Shown piece after piece: positions 30,238-41,161 of a DNA stretch of 64,000 bases. The notes beneath the pieces were generated by a model, which did no database searches, was not told where the DNA came from, and saw only the letters and a list, made by a program, of their open reading frames with translations. The stretch spans positions 1,896 through 65,895 of the forward strand of contig JAHJAM010000023.1 of the NCBI GenBank assembly GCA_018814025.1. Reading direction: 5' to 3'. Within the stretch, counting starts at the first letter, position 1, and every line of letters starts with the position of its first letter. A program made the position numbers and the translations under genes. The DNA is from Patescibacteria group bacterium (GTDB taxonomy: Bacteria; Patescibacteriota; Patescibacteriia; UBA9934; GWF2-40-263).

Positions 30238-31416
30238 TTATTTCTTGGCCGACATCTTTTTGTTAGCCTTCTTCTTCTTTTTTGCCGAAGCGGCCGTTAG
30301 CCCTTCAAGCTGAGCACCAGGGTAAGTTCCGTCGACCAAATATTGGCTGAACAGAGACTTGGTCATCTCTCGGAGATCCTCGGTAAAAACTTCCGGGGTC
30401 GTCTGTTTTTCTCGAGTTCCCACAAAAGAACCAATTCTCATTTCTACTCGGCAGGGAGTCATCGAAATCACCTTTCCCTCGATGGGGTCTTCGGCCTGCA
30501 TTCCGGAAACAGTTACCGAAACCGTAGTGATGCCTTCTTGGTTGGCAGCTGCCACCACCACCTGTCCGCCCATGGCCTTGATCATGGAATGCAGATCAGC
30601 TCGTACGGCATTGGCGGCCGCGTTCATCGGGAACACGCCCGTATCAGTCTCCTCAATCGTTCGGGTCACCAGCACCCCAAATTTCTGATCCTTGAAGTTT
30701 GGGATCTGAGCGATCTGTTGGGCCTGGTTCTTGGCTCCCAAAGCCGCCAGACACTTCTCCTGCATGCCGCGCGCTTCGTCGCTGATCCGCGCCATGTTCT
30801 GAACGCAGAACTTCTCGAACACGCTTTCTTCCTGGCTGTCGTGTTCGCATCCATACTTGTCCGAGTTTGAGAATTCAGCTAAAGCTCGACACTGCTGGCG
30901 CAGGCCATCAAGCTTCAGAGCCAAATCGCCCGCATCCTCCCAAAGACCCATGGCCACAATCCGCTCGTAACGCAGTTTTGTGTTGCCCAGGGCTTCACGA
31001 TTGTCCAGGATTTTCTGCCTGGCCTTGGCTCGGTTCTCGCGCTTGAGTTCAAGCACAGTGTCCGCTTGCTTCCTGATCCCCAAAAACTCGGCGCACTTCA
31101 GACCCTCATCGGGCCAGTGCTCGAGCAAAGGCTGGAAAGCTGCCTGGCAAAATTTTCGGTATTTCACTTCCGTGGGCGAACTCTGCTCAATGGACACGCC
31201 GTCCTGGAGTGCATAGTAGTCATTGTCCAAGGCGTCTTGCCAAGCCGAGAAAGCCACCAGCAGCGCCTGGGGCTGTCCCGAGCTCTGCCAATTTGCAGTT
31301 GCTGCCTTGGCCGCCCGGACATATGCCTCGTTGCTCTCCTGCGCCAAAGCTGGCGGAACCGTAATCCATGCGATCATCAAACAAGAGACAGAAAGAAACT
31401 GTTTGTGAAGGTGCAT
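30238..31416 (-). CDS. Hypothetical secreted protein with Lys-rich C-terminal tail
   Basis: GTG start, AGGAGGAG RBS, signal peptide ending ALA; TTGACA-17-TATAGT promoter; own terminator ~30186-30222. Confidence 0.75.
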   Translation of the reverse strand: MHLHKQFLSVSCLMIAWITVPPALAQESNEAYVRAAKAATANWQSSGQPQALLVAFSAWQDALDNDYYALQDGVSIEQSSPTEVKYRKFCQAAFQPLLEHWPDEGLKCAEFLGIRKQADTVLELKRENRAKARQKILDNREALGNTKLRYERIVAMGLWEDAGDLALKLDGLRQQCRALAEFSNSDKYGCEHDSQEESVFEKFCVQNMARISDEARGMQEKCLAALGAKNQAQQIAQIPNFKDQKFGVLVTRTIEETDTGVFPMNAAANAVRADLHSMIKAMGGQVVVAAANQEGITTVSVTVSGMQAEDPIEGKVISMTPCRVEMRIGSFVGTREKQTTPEVFTEDLREMTKSLFSQYLVDGTYPGAQLEGLTAASAKKKKKANKKMSAKK

Positions 31417-31586
31417 ATCTCTCCTCCTAACCTCAATCAGGTTGTTTTGTCTAAGGTTAGATTGTCATCATTTGACCGCTAACTATAGCAAAAAAATCAC
31501 CTTTTGTCAACCCCGTACCACCATGCACTGTGGTACGGGGTCAACCCTTGTAAGCAAAAAACCGCCCATTTTTGGGCGGTTTTCAG

Positions 31587-32879
31587 TTATTTCACCATGG
31601 CATTTCTGAGCAAATCAATCACTTTTCGGTTGCGTTGCATGCTTTCCATGTATTCCCGATAGACCGGGGAATATATTTGTTTTTTCGCCTCTTCATTATC
31701 TTGATATCGTTCAGCCAAAGCGTCTAATTCCTGATCCATTTCTTTTTGATCAACTTCTACTTTCTCTCGTCTGGCAATTTCGCTCAAGAGCAAAGCTACT
31801 TTGATTCGCATTAAGGCTTGCGGGGTAAAATCCAGTTTCAAATCCGCCAAGGTTCTCTTAATGCTTTCTAAATATTTATCAAATTCCATGCCCTGATCTT
31901 CCACTCGGTGCTGCAGCTCGTGGGCCATTTTATTAATTTCTTCATTCAAGAGCAGATCCGGGATATCTTCAAAACGCGATTTATCCGCAATCAATTCTAA
32001 CATCTCTTTTTCTTGTCGAAACTTTTCTTCACTGTCTTTTTCCTTTTGCAGATTCTCTCGGATCAAGCCTTTCATGGTTTCCAAATCTTTTTGCCCCAGG
32101 CTCTTGGCAAACTCATCGTTGATTTCTGGCAAATCCAAGTGAAAGATTTCTTTAATCGCCACTTCGAATTCCACTTCGGCGCCGGCAATCATTTTTTGCA
32201 CGTGGTCCTCGGGAAAAGTTAAAACAAATTTCTTTTCTTCCCCCTCTTTCAAACCCAGCAATTGTTCTTTAAACCCCGGGATATAATATTCCTCGCTTAA
32301 AAAAATCGCATGATTTGGTGATTGTCCGCCATCCACGGGCACGCCGTCTTTTTTCATGTTCACGGATAGGACGACCTTGTCTTGATCATCAACTATCGAA
32401 CCTTCTTTGCCCCGTGTTTCTTTGGTTTGCATGCGCTGCAAATCCTTCAAGGCCAAATCAATATCCTTATCCTCAATCTCCGGTTTCTTCGCCTTGACCG
32501 ACAAGGTTTTAAAATCAGCCAGCTTGGTCACCTTTGGCATGCGAGTTACTTCAGCCGTATACACCAAATCATTGCTTGGCACCATTTTTTCCATCTCAAT
32601 TTTTGGCTGGCCCACTGTGTCGATTTCCTGCTCCAAAACCGCTTGCACAAAAGTTTTGCGCACAATATTTTCTAAAGCCTCTTCCAAGATTTTCATTTCT
32701 CCAAACTTTTGCCTAATCACTTCATAATCGGCTTTGCCCGGGCGAAAGCCGTCAATCTTGGTGTTTTGCGCCAGGCGCTTCGCCGCCTCTTCCATGTGAG
32801 GTCGGGTTTCTTCTTTGGGTACGGTAATGGTTAATTTGACGCGATTTTTTTCTAAATCTTCTCTTGTATGTGTAGCCAT
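31587..32879 (-). CDS. tig: Trigger factor
   Basis: IDGFRPGKA, YIPGFKEQL.G, TFPEDH. Confidence 0.95.
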   Translation of the reverse strand: MATHTREDLEKNRVKLTITVPKEETRPHMEEAAKRLAQNTKIDGFRPGKADYEVIRQKFGEMKILEEALENIVRKTFVQAVLEQEIDTVGQPKIEMEKMVPSNDLVYTAEVTRMPKVTKLADFKTLSVKAKKPEIEDKDIDLALKDLQRMQTKETRGKEGSIVDDQDKVVLSVNMKKDGVPVDGGQSPNHAIFLSEEYYIPGFKEQLLGLKEGEEKKFVLTFPEDHVQKMIAGAEVEFEVAIKEIFHLDLPEINDEFAKSLGQKDLETMKGLIRENLQKEKDSEEKFRQEKEMLELIADKSRFEDIPDLLLNEEINKMAHELQHRVEDQGMEFDKYLESIKRTLADLKLDFTPQALMRIKVALLLSEIARREKVEVDQKEMDQELDALAERYQDNEEAKKQIYSPVYREYMESMQRNRKVIDLLRNAMVK

Positions 32880-32992
32880 AAGATATTTTTGCTTTTTAGT
32901 CCCCGGACTATAACCAAAAACCTCATTATTGTCAATAATATCAGAGATAAATCAAAACACCCCGGACTAGCCGGGGTGTTTACTAATCTTTC

Positions 32993-34990
32993 TTATCCCA
33001 AGATAAAGGCCACAATCAGAATTGCCACAATGTTCAAGATCTTGATCATCGGGTTGATGGCCGGTCCGGCCGTATCTTTATATGGGTCGCCCACGGTATC
33101 GCCAGTCACAGCTGCCGCGTGAGCCGGGCTGCCTTTGCCGCCGAAGTGTCCGGACTCAATGTATTTCTTGGCATTGTCCCAAGCTCCCCCGCCAGCCGTC
33201 ATGGAGATGGCCACGAAAATACCGGTAATGATTGAGCCAATCAATAATCCGCCCAAAGCTTCCGGTCCCAGGCCAAAGCCAACTACTACTGGGGCCAACA
33301 CCGCCAAGAGCGATGGCGCAATCATGTAATGAATCGCGTCCTTAGTGACCAAATCCACGGCCTTCCCATAATCCGGCTTGGCCGTGCGATCCATAATGCC
33401 CGGAATTTCTTTGAACTGTCGGCGCACTTCCATTACCACGCCTTTCGCCGCTTTGCCCACTGCCTCCATAGCCAGGGCCGCAAATAAATAAGTGACCAGT
33501 CCGCCCAAGAACAAACCCGCGATCACTGATGGGTTTTCCAAACTGAATACCACGAATTTTCCTTCAGCCTCAATCGTGTGAATGTAATCGCTGAACAAAA
33601 TCACGGTTGCCAAACCGGCTGAGCCAATTGCGTAAGCCTTGGTTACGGCCTTGGTCGTGTTGCCGACCGCATCCAATGGATCAGTCACGTCGCGCACCTC
33701 CTCAGGCAGCTCAGCCATCTCCGCAATCCCGCCCGCGTTATCCGTAATCGGTCCGAAAGCATCAATCGCCACAATAATTCCGGTTAAAGACAGCATGGAC
33801 ATGGCCGCAATCGCGATTCCGTAGAGTCCGGCTAATTGATAGGCCAAAAGAATTCCAATCACGATCGTTAAGACCGGCAGGGCGGTCGATTTCATGGACA
33901 AAGCAATACCGCTGATAATATTGGTGCCATGTCCGCCCTCAGACGATTCCGCCAATTTTTTCACCGGTGAATATTGAGTGCCGGTGTAGTACTCGGTAAT
34001 CATGATGAGGAGTGCGGTAATCACCAATCCCAGCAAAGCCGAATAGAAAATATTATTCGTGTTAATCCCTTCAATTCCCGTGAGCATTTTTTGGGTGATC
34101 GGCCAGAAGCCTAAAGCCGCTAATACGCCAGCCACTCCCAATCCTTTATATAAAGCACCCATGATATTCTTGTTCTTTCCCAGCTTGATGAAGAAGGTGC
34201 CTAAGATCGAAGCCACAATCGCGATCGCGCCCAAAGCTAAAGGATATAAAATCACATTGGTGACATTTGGAAATAACAGTGACCCCAACAGCATAGTGGC
34301 CACGCAAGTCACGGCGTAAGTTTCAAACAAGTCCGCGGCCATACCCGCACAGTCGCCCACATTGTCGCCCACGTTATCAGCAATCACGGCCGGGTTGCGC
34401 GGATCATCTTCCGGAATTCCCGCTTCAGTTTTTCCCACCAGGTCAGCGCCCACGTCAGCGGCCTTGGTAAAGATTCCGCCGCCCAAGCGAGCAAACACGC
34501 TAATCAAAGATCCGCCAAAACCCAATCCGATCAAAGCGTGGACATTACCGGTGACCGCATAAAATCCCGTCACCCCCAACAAAGCTAAACCCACCACAAA
34601 AAGTCCGGTCACGGATCCGCCGCGCACGGCCACATCCATGGCCTTGGATAAACCATCTTTGGCCGCCTCCGTGGTTCGCACATTGGCTCGCACTGAAACC
34701 GACATGCCAATCACGCCAGCTAAACCGGACAAAACAGCACCGATGGCAAAAGCCACGGCCATGGTCCAGCCCAAAGTGAAGCCGAGCACAAAAAAGATCA
34801 CAATTCCAATCATGGCGATCATCTTATATTGGCGAGCCATGTAAGCGTTGGCTCCTTCTTGAATGGCATGCGCGATGCCTTTCATTTTTCCGTCCCCGGC
34901 CGGCAGCTTTAATATCCAATTAGTTAGCACTGCTCCGTAAACGAGTGCCAAGATCCCGGCACCCAAAGCGTAATAAATGATGTTATCCAT
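32993..34990 (-). CDS. hppA: Membrane-integral ion-pumping pyrophosphatase, probably K+-independent H+-PPase
   Basis: [54 protein letters not shown]. Confidence 0.95.
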   Translation of the reverse strand: MDNIIYYALGAGILALVYGAVLTNWILKLPAGDGKMKGIAHAIQEGANAYMARQYKMIAMIGIVIFFVLGFTLGWTMAVAFAIGAVLSGLAGVIGMSVSVRANVRTTEAAKDGLSKAMDVAVRGGSVTGLFVVGLALLGVTGFYAVTGNVHALIGLGFGGSLISVFARLGGGIFTKAADVGADLVGKTEAGIPEDDPRNPAVIADNVGDNVGDCAGMAADLFETYAVTCVATMLLGSLLFPNVTNVILYPLALGAIAIVASILGTFFIKLGKNKNIMGALYKGLGVAGVLAALGFWPITQKMLTGIEGINTNNIFYSALLGLVITALLIMITEYYTGTQYSPVKKLAESSEGGHGTNIISGIALSMKSTALPVLTIVIGILLAYQLAGLYGIAIAAMSMLSLTGIIVAIDAFGPITDNAGGIAEMAELPEEVRDVTDPLDAVGNTTKAVTKAYAIGSAGLATVILFSDYIHTIEAEGKFVVFSLENPSVIAGLFLGGLVTYLFAALAMEAVGKAAKGVVMEVRRQFKEIPGIMDRTAKPDYGKAVDLVTKDAIHYMIAPSLLAVLAPVVVGFGLGPEALGGLLIGSIITGIFVAISMTAGGGAWDNAKKYIESGHFGGKGSPAHAAAVTGDTVGDPYKDTAGPAINPMIKILNIVAILIVAFILG

Positions 34991-35079
34991 ATTGTGCGTT
35001 AATTTTGACTCAAATAAAGTTAGTGAGATTTAGTAAGAATACGGTGGTATACTAGGGAAAATTAGCTATTTAGTCAATC

Positions 35080-35676
35080 ATGCAAACCCCCACCTATCTA
35101 ATTGAGCGCGAACTCATTGATCAAGGATTTCAAGCCATTGTTGGGGTTGATGAAGCCGGCTGTGGCGCCTTAGCCGGACCGTTGGTGGCCGCGGCCGTGG
35201 TTCTGCCCATTAATTCCCGCCTCAAATTACTTCGCGATTCTAAACTCCTTAGTTCGCGTCAGCGCGATCAGCTTTATGATCTGATTATCGACAAAGCCGC
35301 GGCCTGGGCCGCCGGTTCTGTTTCTGTGGAGGAGATTTACCAACTTGGCCTGCGTCCGGCCAATTACCTCGCCATGCGTCGAGCCATTGATCAAATCCCA
35401 AGCGTTGATTTTGTCTTGGTCGATGCTTGGACCCTGCCCGGACTCCCCTATCCGCAGCGAGGCATCATTCGGGGCGACCGTCTGGTCAAATCAATTGCCG
35501 CCGCCTCCATCATTGCCAAGGTGACTCGCGATCGTCTCATGAAAAACTTGGCCGTTGAATATCCGGAGTATCATTTCGGAGTTCATAAAGGCTACGGCAC
35601 TCTGCTTCATCGCCAAGCCATTAAAGAACATGGCCCATGCCCCATCCATCGTCTCAACTATAAAACTTTTCGCTAA
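35080..35676 (+). CDS. rnhB: Ribonuclease HII
   Basis: GVDEAG.GALAGP, DSKLL, SIAAASIIAKVTRD, HKGYGT. Confidence 0.96.
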   Translation: MQTPTYLIERELIDQGFQAIVGVDEAGCGALAGPLVAAAVVLPINSRLKLLRDSKLLSSRQRDQLYDLIIDKAAAWAAGSVSVEEIYQLGLRPANYLAMRRAIDQIPSVDFVLVDAWTLPGLPYPQRGIIRGDRLVKSIAAASIIAKVTRDRLMKNLAVEYPEYHFGVHKGYGTLLHRQAIKEHGPCPIHRLNYKTFR

Positions 35677-35755
35677 TCTATCAGCAATTTCCATCCCAGA
35701 CCATTGACGAAAAGCCTTTTTCTCGATAATCTGTGGGTTACCATTAACTTGAGTC

Positions 35756-37084
35756 ATGAAAATATTCTTCCAACAATATTTTGTCCGCTTTCTATTATTT
35801 CTGCTTCGCAGTTTAATTTTGGTTAAACGTTACGGCGGTCCTCTGCTTAAAAAAATCTTCGCTCCCCCAACCGCGGTTGGGCGTTTTTTATTGCGCACCA
35901 TCGGCGTTCCTGTTTATCGTCTGATTTTCAAAATCAAAAATCATTTTTCCCGGATCATTCTGCCGGCCAAAAGCCGTGTCCTCTATCTGGTGTCCAATCG
36001 GTTCGTGATTCACGGCGCCATCATCGCCATCACCTTGTTAACCATTGGCTTAAGCTTCGGCCAAGGCGAAGTCCGGGCTGAAACTTTTGGCACCCGTTCC
36101 TTGCTTTACTCCATGGTTGCTCAGGATGATTTTGCTATTATTGAAGTTGTCTCCGCCGCCGAACTCCCCGAAGCCAACCCGGTTTCTTATTTGGGCAACA
36201 ATGCCATTGATCCGCTCGATCATTTGGATATCGATATCAATTATGTTAATTCTGAATCCGGTCTTGATAACGGTTCGGCTTTAGCCTCGCATGCCGACCC
36301 GGTCAATGTGCCCAAGCGCGAAGCAATTATTGATTACACCATCGAGTCCGGCGACACTTTGGGTGGTATTTCTGAAAAATTCGGTTTAAGTCTGAGTACG
36401 GTTTTGTGGGCCAATGATTTAACCTACCGCAGCACCATCCAACCTGGCGATACTTTGAAAATCCTACCCGTCGATGGTTTGTTGCACACCGTCAAAGACG
36501 GCGATACGCTAAATAAGATAGCCAATTCTTATAATGCCGATGTTGATGAAACTCAGCGCGTCAATAAATTAGCAAGCCGTGATGATATCAATATCGGCGA
36601 AGTGTTGCTGGTGCCCGGCGGCGAAAAGCCTGCGCCCGTGGCCGCCAGCATTACTGCCCCGGTCAGCAGCATCTTTACCGCCCCCAGCACATCTTCTACC
36701 GCTGCTCGCGGTTCATCCACTGGCAGCGGTGATTGGGTTTGGCCTTCAGATTGGCGGGTCATTACCCAATACTATTCTTGGCGCCATACCGGTTTAGATA
36801 TCGACGGCGATTACAATACCAATAACTACGCGGCCGCGGCCGGCGTGGTTACTTACAGCGGTTGGTACAATGGTTACGGGTACACTGTTGATATCGATCA
36901 CGGCGACGGTATCATGACCCGCTACGCCCACCACTCCAAACTTTTTGTCGATGTCGGCGATACAGTTTATGCTGGTCAAGCTCTAGGAAAAACCGGTACC
37001 ACCGGCCGTTCCACCGGTACCCACCTTCACTTTGAAGTGCGAGTTAACGGGGTCACCCAGAACCCGCTTGATTGGATCAGATAA
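35756..37084 (+). CDS. LysM x2 + M23 peptidase
   Basis: YTIESGDTL, HTVKDGDTL; HTGLD, YAH, STGTHLHFEV. Confidence 0.92.
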   Translation: MKIFFQQYFVRFLLFLLRSLILVKRYGGPLLKKIFAPPTAVGRFLLRTIGVPVYRLIFKIKNHFSRIILPAKSRVLYLVSNRFVIHGAIIAITLLTIGLSFGQGEVRAETFGTRSLLYSMVAQDDFAIIEVVSAAELPEANPVSYLGNNAIDPLDHLDIDINYVNSESGLDNGSALASHADPVNVPKREAIIDYTIESGDTLGGISEKFGLSLSTVLWANDLTYRSTIQPGDTLKILPVDGLLHTVKDGDTLNKIANSYNADVDETQRVNKLASRDDINIGEVLLVPGGEKPAPVAASITAPVSSIFTAPSTSSTAARGSSTGSGDWVWPSDWRVITQYYSWRHTGLDIDGDYNTNNYAAAAGVVTYSGWYNGYGYTVDIDHGDGIMTRYAHHSKLFVDVGDTVYAGQALGKTGTTGRSTGTHLHFEVRVNGVTQNPLDWIR

Positions 37085-37125
37085 AACGAGCCTCCGGGCT
37101 CGTTTTTTGATATAATTGTTTTCGT

Positions 37126-37509
37126 ATGAAGAATCAGTGCGCCAATTGCCAAGCTCAAGTCAAAGCTCTTAACGAGAAATGCCAAGGTTGTGGCTTCAAA
37201 ATCGTTATGGAACCCGAGGAACAAATCCGCGCTCGCTATTTGCGTGCTCCGTCTCTCGGGGCCCTATTTTTCACCCAAGGCTGGACCTTCGGCGCCAAGC
37301 TTTATCTCTGGTTTGTCTTATCCTTCATCCCCATCGTCGGCTTTGTGGCTTTATTCGCTTGCTTCTTTTTTGGCCGCCGCTGGTCTTGGGAACAAGGCGG
37401 CTGGGGTAGTTGGGAAGAATTCCAAAAGCGCATGCGCTTGCTGGATATTATTGCCACCGTTTGGATTCTCGGCTTGGTTATGGTTTGGTACCTCGCTTCC
37501 CGTCCTTAG
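37126..37509 (+). CDS. Zinc-ribbon membrane protein
   Basis: CxxC-x10-CxxC then hydrophobic segments. Confidence 0.7.
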   Translation: MKNQCANCQAQVKALNEKCQGCGFKIVMEPEEQIRARYLRAPSLGALFFTQGWTFGAKLYLWFVLSFIPIVGFVALFACFFFGRRWSWEQGGWGSWEEFQKRMRLLDIIATVWILGLVMVWYLASRP

Positions 37510-37560
37510 TCTTGAAAACATGACTCATCCGTGCTAAGTTCCGGATGATTTTTATTACCT

Positions 37561-38244
37561 ATGAAACATCTCGCCATTATTTTAGACGGCAATCGCCGCT
37601 GGGCCAAAGCTCAAGGCTTGCCAACTTTCGAAGGCCATCGCCGCGGTTATGATCGCGTCAAAGAAATCGGCCTAGCCGCCCTGGAACGAGGCATCGAACA
37701 CCTCACGGTTTTTGCTTTCTCCACTGAAAATTGGAAACGTTCCGAAGAAGAAGTTGGTTACTTAATGGATCTCCTGCTTAAAGCCCTAACCAAAGACCTG
37801 GATTTCTACATGAAGCATCAGGTGCGTCTGAAAGTCATTGGCCGCCGAACCGGTCTTTCTGACAAAATTCAAGCCGCTATTGCCGAAGCTGAAGACAAAA
37901 CCAAAGGCAACACCGCCGGCCAAATCAATCTTTGCATCAACTACGGCGGCCGCGCCGAACTCGTCGATGCGGTCAAAGACATCGTCGCTTCCGGCGTAAA
38001 TCCGGAACAAGTCACCGAAGAACTTATTTCCTCCAAAATCTGGATGAAAGATATTCCGGATCCCGATCTTATTATCAGAACTTCCGGTGAACAGCGCACT
38101 TCCGGTTTCCTCACTTGGTCCGGCACTTACAGCGAAATTCTTTTTGTGGAAAAACCCTGGCCCGACTTCACAGTTGAAGATCTGGACGCCGCCATTGATA
38201 ATTTTTCAAACCGCGACCGCCGCTTTGGGGGAAACAGCAAATAA
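37561..38244 (+). CDS. uppS: Undecaprenyl diphosphate synthase
   Basis: HLAIILDGNRRWA, AFSTENWKRS, NYGGR, DLIIRTSGEQR.SGFL. Confidence 0.97.
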   Translation: MKHLAIILDGNRRWAKAQGLPTFEGHRRGYDRVKEIGLAALERGIEHLTVFAFSTENWKRSEEEVGYLMDLLLKALTKDLDFYMKHQVRLKVIGRRTGLSDKIQAAIAEAEDKTKGNTAGQINLCINYGGRAELVDAVKDIVASGVNPEQVTEELISSKIWMKDIPDPDLIIRTSGEQRTSGFLTWSGTYSEILFVEKPWPDFTVEDLDAAIDNFSNRDRRFGGNSK

Positions 38245-38269
38245 AAAAACGAGCCGGCTGGCTCGTTTT

Positions 38270-39787
38270 TTAGTCAAACAACTCCGCTGGCCGATAGCGC
38301 AGCGCCTCGGCAATATGAGTGGCCGTAATCATCTCCTCGCCTGCCAAGTCCGCGATCGTGCGCGCGACTTTTTTGACCCGTGTAAACCCGCGCGCGGACA
38401 GTCGTTGGGCATCCAGCGCCTGTTTTAAAAGAGCTGTCCCCTCTTTTTCTATCTCACAATGTTGTTTTAAACTCGAAGTCGGAATCTCCGCATTGGTTAG
38501 ATAATTTGTTTTCTTATACCTCTTTTCTTGGAGCCGGCGTGCCACCCCAACTCGCTGGCGAATTGTTTTTGAATCCTCCGCATCTTTTTCTCCCATCAAT
38601 TTATCAACTTCCACGTTCGGCACCTCGATTATCAAATCGAATCTGTCGAGCAACGGTCCGGAAATTCTTTTTCGATACTGACTAATATTTCGCGCCGAGC
38701 AAATACACGCTCGATGCGGATCACTCGCGTACCCGCACGGACAAGGATTCGTGGCCGCCATCAAAAGAAATCTTGAAGGGAATCGTACGCTCGCGGCCGC
38801 TCGCGACACATGAACGAAGCCATCTTCCAATGGCTGACGCAAATGTTCCAACACATGTCGAGAAAATTCCGCCAGCTCATCCAAGAATAAAACACCGCGA
38901 TGAGCTAACGTCACCTCGCCTGGCCGCGGCCAGGTTCCTCCACCTACTAAAGAGATAGCCGAACATGAATGATGTGGTGTGCGAAACGGTCGTTCCCTGA
39001 TCAAACCGCCCTGTATTGGCAAGGTTCCAGCCACGGACGCAATCGAAGTCACCTCCAAAGATTCTTCATGCGTGAGCGGTGGCAGGATTGAAGGTAAGGA
39101 TCGAGCCAGTAGCGTCTTGCCCGTCCCCGGCGGTCCCTTGAGCAAAACATTGTGTCCGCCCGCCGCCGCAATCTCCAGTCCCCTTTTTGCCTGTTCTTGG
39201 CCTTTTATGTGTTTAAAATCGATATATGAATCCAAACACACTTTATTCATTTTCACCGGAATCGCCTCCGGAATTGCGTTTATGTTTTTTAAGTGTTCAA
39301 CCACTGATAGCAGACTCGTCGCCGGCAATACTCGCAATTTCCCCACCGCCAAAGCCTCCTGAATATTTTGTTCGGGTACGAATATCGTCATGTATCCTAA
39401 ATTTTTCGCCATCAAAGCCGAAGTTAAAACACCGGTTACGGGACGAACTTGCCCGTCCAAAGCCAGCTCACCTAAAAATAAAGTTTTATCCAAATCCGTC
39501 CGATCAAATTCGCCTTGTGCCAATAAAATTGCCAAAGCGATTGGCAGGTCGAAGCTCGAACCTTGTTTCTTGATGTCTGCCGGCGCCAAGTTCACGGTCA
39601 CTCGCGTACGCGGAAAACTAAAGCGCGAATTTTTTATGGCCGCGCGAATCCGATCGCGCGCTTCTTTAACCGATACGTCCGGCAAACCCACAATATTAAA
39701 ATTCGGCATGCCAGGCGATACATCTGCTTCCACGGTAATTGGCCGAGCCTCTATCCCAATTACCGCGCTGGAAAGAATATTAAACAT
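38270..39787 (-). CDS. comM: YifB/ComM Mg-chelatase-like AAA+ ATPase
   Basis: IVGLPD, VTVNLAPAD, GPPGTGKT, PFRTPHH, LFLDE, NPCPCG, LSARG. Confidence 0.92.
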   Translation of the reverse strand: MFNILSSAVIGIEARPITVEADVSPGMPNFNIVGLPDVSVKEARDRIRAAIKNSRFSFPRTRVTVNLAPADIKKQGSSFDLPIALAILLAQGEFDRTDLDKTLFLGELALDGQVRPVTGVLTSALMAKNLGYMTIFVPEQNIQEALAVGKLRVLPATSLLSVVEHLKNINAIPEAIPVKMNKVCLDSYIDFKHIKGQEQAKRGLEIAAAGGHNVLLKGPPGTGKTLLARSLPSILPPLTHEESLEVTSIASVAGTLPIQGGLIRERPFRTPHHSCSAISLVGGGTWPRPGEVTLAHRGVLFLDELAEFSRHVLEHLRQPLEDGFVHVSRAAASVRFPSRFLLMAATNPCPCGYASDPHRACICSARNISQYRKRISGPLLDRFDLIIEVPNVEVDKLMGEKDAEDSKTIRQRVGVARRLQEKRYKKTNYLTNAEIPTSSLKQHCEIEKEGTALLKQALDAQRLSARGFTRVKKVARTIADLAGEEMITATHIAEALRYRPAELFD

Positions 39788-39853
39788 AAAACTTCCACCG
39801 CTATTGGTGGAAGTCAATTTCTATTCATAACTTATCAGAAAAAAATTGCTTTG

Positions 39854-40351
39854 TCAAATATCATCCTCACCCGACTTCAGTTGTTTTCGTTGAGTCAAGA
39901 TCAATAACCCAGCCACACCGACCAAAATCACCACATCAGAAAAATTTATGGCCAAACGACTGAAAAACATAATGTAATCAACCGTGAACCCGTAAACCAG
40001 ACGATCATACATGTTTCCGGCGGCTCCGATAATGATAATCATCGCCATCAATGAGACTTTTGGTCGGTTTCCCCAATTCCGAATGATGATTTGGATCAAG
40101 AAAAAGCCGATAACCAATGAAATCAAGACAATCACCCACATTTTAAAAGGAATATCAAAGGCAATTCCGAAATTTTTGTGAATTGCCAAGGAAAAAAAAG
40201 CCGGATCAACAAGACTCCCCTCGTCGGGGAGTATTTTTAAGGCAGTGAATTTTACAATTTCATCGGCAATAACAATTAATACAAATATTATCGCATATCC
40301 GATGATGTTGATTTTCTTGATTAAACCTCTTGTGTCAAGGTTTTCTTGCAT
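39854..40351 (-). CDS. lspA: Lipoprotein signal peptidase (start uncertain, overlaps upstream gene)
   Basis: NFGIAF, GAAGNMYDR..YG..VDY, INFSD. Confidence 0.88.
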   Translation of the reverse strand: MQENLDTRGLIKKINIIGYAIIFVLIVIADEIVKFTALKILPDEGSLVDPAFFSLAIHKNFGIAFDIPFKMWVIVLISLVIGFFLIQIIIRNWGNRPKVSLMAMIIIIGAAGNMYDRLVYGFTVDYIMFFSRLAINFSDVVILVGVAGLLILTQRKQLKSGEDDI

Positions 40352-40695
40352 TTGATGCATGAACTTGAAGTCGGACGAGCTAACAGGCGCTTTTCGTCAA
40401 TTTCTTGTTTACAGTACTTACAAATACCGTAAACCCCCTTCTCGAGCTGTCTAAGGGCTGATTCTACGTCTCTTAAGGCCTTTTCTAGCTCACTCTCCAA
40501 TGAAAGATTATTGCTAAATTGAGCTACTTCCGAGGCATTCTCATCTTCCTTATCACCCAGATTAGGAAAATCTGCATTAAAATCAGTTTCTGCTGCTTGG
40601 GGGTTTCGATGTGCGAATTTAGATAATTCTTGTTCTAAACGTGTTTTTTCCTCTGACAACCGCTCTTTCATTTGTTCTACAATTTGCTTATCCAT
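40321..40695 (-). CDS. DksA/TraR C4-type zinc-finger protein
   Basis: Coiled coil then YGICKYC..I..KRL.ARP...CIKC. Confidence 0.9.
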   Translation of the reverse strand: MDKQIVEQMKERLSEEKTRLEQELSKFAHRNPQAAETDFNADFPNLGDKEDENASEVAQFSNNLSLESELEKALRDVESALRQLEKGVYGICKYCKQEIDEKRLLARPTSSSCIKCKKTLTQEV

Positions 40696-40778
40696 AAAAT
40701 AAGAAATTACTTATTGTTTCCTTATCTTAGCATCGAATTACTTACAAGGCAATAGTTCGACAGGACAATTTAACAAAT

Positions 40779-41156
40779 AAAAAAGGGTCTCATAGCCCCT
40801 AAATGAAGATTTTGTGGGTGAGACCCTAAGCTGTAGATCGTGGCTTGAGACATGCCGGGTTCTGGGCTCGAGGGAACCTCACAACTCGACATGCCTTTTG
40901 GCACATGCGATCTTGGCGTCAACTCAGCCCCTCTACCATTCAATGGTCGTCTTCGCGGATGCTCATCTGGCGAGCAACTTTTGTGCGAGCTGACCGAGGA
41001 TGGTGATTCTGTTTTATTTCTATTTTATGGTGAACAGTAAAGAGGTGGGGTATTTTCCGAAAGTCATGATGAACAGGTGTGGGGGACCTATTGCCGGACT
41101 AACCGGACACCTTCGGAAAACTTCCCAGAGTTGGGAACATGGAAAGAACGTTTACT
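40779..41156 (-). ncRNA. Candidate structured non-coding RNA of unknown family
   Basis: TTGACA-17-TATTAT promoter upstream, hairpin plus U-tract downstream, many stems, no long or SD-led ORF. Confidence 0.5.
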
Positions 41157-41161
41157 CATCT

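Noticed and set aside
40852-41040. 62-aa plus-strand ORF
   Set aside because: No RBS, promoter or recognisable motif; the expression signals point to the minus strand
40779-41156. tmRNA or canonical RNase P RNA identity
   Set aside because: GGGGCTGA is present but there is no TTCGAC, T-arm or CCA end; RNase P GAGGAAAGTC and other conserved regions are absent
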